Positions 62,842 through 64,000 of a stretch of DNA of 64,000 bases are shown here, piece by piece. A program made the translations under genes and the position numbers. This stretch comes from Opitutales bacterium (lineage in GTDB: Bacteria > Verrucomicrobiota > Verrucomicrobiia > Opitutales > UBA2987): positions 576,001 to 640,000 of the forward strand of contig CBDDEL010000015.1 in NCBI GenBank assembly GCA_965226885.1. Reading direction: 5' to 3'. A model generated the notes under the pieces. The model worked only from the letters and a program-made list of their open reading frames with translations. It did no database searches and was not told where the DNA came from. Every line of letters starts with the position of its first letter. Position 1 is the first letter of the stretch.

Positions 62842-63280
62842 CAGCGTAAGCCACTGCGGTGGCATAGGCCAAGGCTTCCACACAGCCGACTGATTTTTTC
62901 TTCCCCCTGGATATGCCGGAGGTTTCCACCCGTAAATTTAGGAATATATCGGCTTGAGGGCAGGATTCTTTCATGCGCAAAACAGCTTCCCGGCGCGCAC
63001 GATCGATCAAAGAAACGTAGGAGGCTATCTCCCCTCCAAAAAAATGCCTCAGGCCAGCCAAAAAGCGTTTGTAATAGTCAACCGAAACCACCACAGAACC
63101 CGTCGCCAATTGAAATTCTTTGACCGGGCGATCCTCGGGCAAATAATCGAAGTTGACGACCGGAATAGTCAATTTATCCAGTTCACGTTTATGAATACTG
63201 GCATAGTGACTCGATTCATTGCGTTTGCCCACAATAAAGCCTAAGATGAGTAAAAGGAGGAAGATGATCAGACTTTCCAT
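62825..63280 (-). CDS. Membrane-anchored YbjQ-like protein
   Basis: N-terminal TM; GGEIASY...DRARREAVLRM; ALAYATAV. Confidence 0.85.
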   Translation of the reverse strand: MESLIIFLLLLILGFIVGKRNESSHYASIHKRELDKLTIPVVNFDYLPEDRPVKEFQLATGSVVVSVDYYKRFLAGLRHFFGGEIASYVSLIDRARREAVLRMKESCPQADIFLNLRVETSGISRGKKKSVGCVEALAYATAVAYADEIRP

Positions 63281-63318
63281 GACACTCCAAGCGTTTCCGA
63301 TAATTCCCTTCCCATCCC

Positions 63319-63630
63319 CTAAACGCGAACCGCCGTGCCGTAAGCCAAAATCTCGGCCGCTCCCTGGGCCACCGAGGCGGTCGAAAAGCGAACATTGATA
63401 ACTGCATTGGCGCCCATTTCCCGAGCCTGTTCGATCATGCGTTCGACGGACTGGCGGCGGCTTTCCTGTAGTAGTTCGGTATAGCCTTTGAGTTCCCCCC
63501 CAACGATGTTTTTGAGCCCTGCCATGATGTCGCGCCCCACATGTTTGGCCCGGATGGTACTTCCCTAAACAATTCCGTAATGTTCGATAATGGGTTTCCC
63601 CGGAATGTTATCAATATTAGTCACGATCAT
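63319..63630 (-). pseudogene. YbjQ/UPF0145 protein with in-frame TAG at codon 22
   Basis: MIVTNIDNIPGK...YGIV*GSTIRAKHVGRDIMAG...AYGTAV; stop at 63565-63567. Confidence 0.85.
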
Positions 63631-63727
63631 GGCGAACTATCCTCGCTTAAAAATTCTTGCCACAGTAGGGGTATATGATTTTTTTCGATCAGGCTTTGGT
63701 CAAGGTAAATAACCGTTGGCGGCAGAT

Positions 63728-64000
63728 TCAGGAATGTTCAAGGCCGGGTAGATTTTCAACGATCAGCCGCCCGATATTGAGGGCTGCGGTGGCGGCCGGC
63801 GAGGGTGCGTTGCAGACATTGACGACACGCCCTGAGCTTTGGATAAAAAAGTCGTCCAGCAGCTTGCCATCCGGGAAAAGCGCTTGGGCGCGGATGCCTG
63901 CCGGGGCCGGTTCGAGGTGTTCCCCTCGAATTTCCGGAACAAGCCTTTGGAGGGCCGTGACGAAGGCTTTTTTGCTCAGGGAGCGCCACATTTCTCCCGC
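63728..64000 (-). CDS. lhgO: L-2-hydroxyglutarate oxidase C-terminus (5' end outside window)
   Basis: SLSKKAF...[22 protein letters not shown]. Confidence 0.85.
   Translation of the reverse strand, partial: AGEMWRSLSKKAFVTALQRLVPEIRGEHLEPAPAGIRAQALFPDGKLLDDFFIQSSGRVVNVCNAPSPAATAALNIGRLIVENLPGLEHS

Noticed and set aside
31650..63567. TAG reassignment suggested by in-frame TAGs in the Nramp-like gene and ybjQ
   Set aside because: TAG ends kbl, the M48-PDZ gene and the IS5-like transposase at plausible C-termini, and long genes have no internal TAGs. Decay explains both cases.

Overview
Bacterial chromosome segment, probably Verrucomicrobiota/Opitutales (an inference from a DUF5069-like gene, a WxxxDPxAA helical-repeat protein and the style of tsaD), undergoing a strong IS expansion and gene decay. 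About 21.9 kb (~34%) is mobile DNA in 16 elements or remnants: five IS1380-family, five copies of an 802-bp IS1-family element, three IS5/ISNCY-like, one IS3, one IS21, and one cargo-carrying IS1-family transposon. Intact host genes include an RND pump, two M48 peptidases, an aldehyde dehydrogenase, four secreted hydrolase/propeller-like proteins, tsaD, tdh, kbl, moeB, manC, ruvX and lutAB. Broken genes include wzc, an outer-membrane barrel, a nuclease, an Nramp-like transporter, dctP, a GNAT, ybjQ and istB. The best candidate for a new system is a hidden transposon at 44056-52473 (18-bp perfect IRs, 8-bp TSD). After removing three nested ISs it is ~2.5 kb and carries a single-ORF IS1-like transposase, a divergent P63C-domain gene, two small unknown ORFs, and a 69-nt tRNA-like sequence with a G3-U70/A73 alanine-type acceptor stem and a T-arm but no anticodon arm. 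A second notable signal is a window-wide excess of perfect short tandem duplications (6-21 bp, plus a 93-bp triplication) that break genes.
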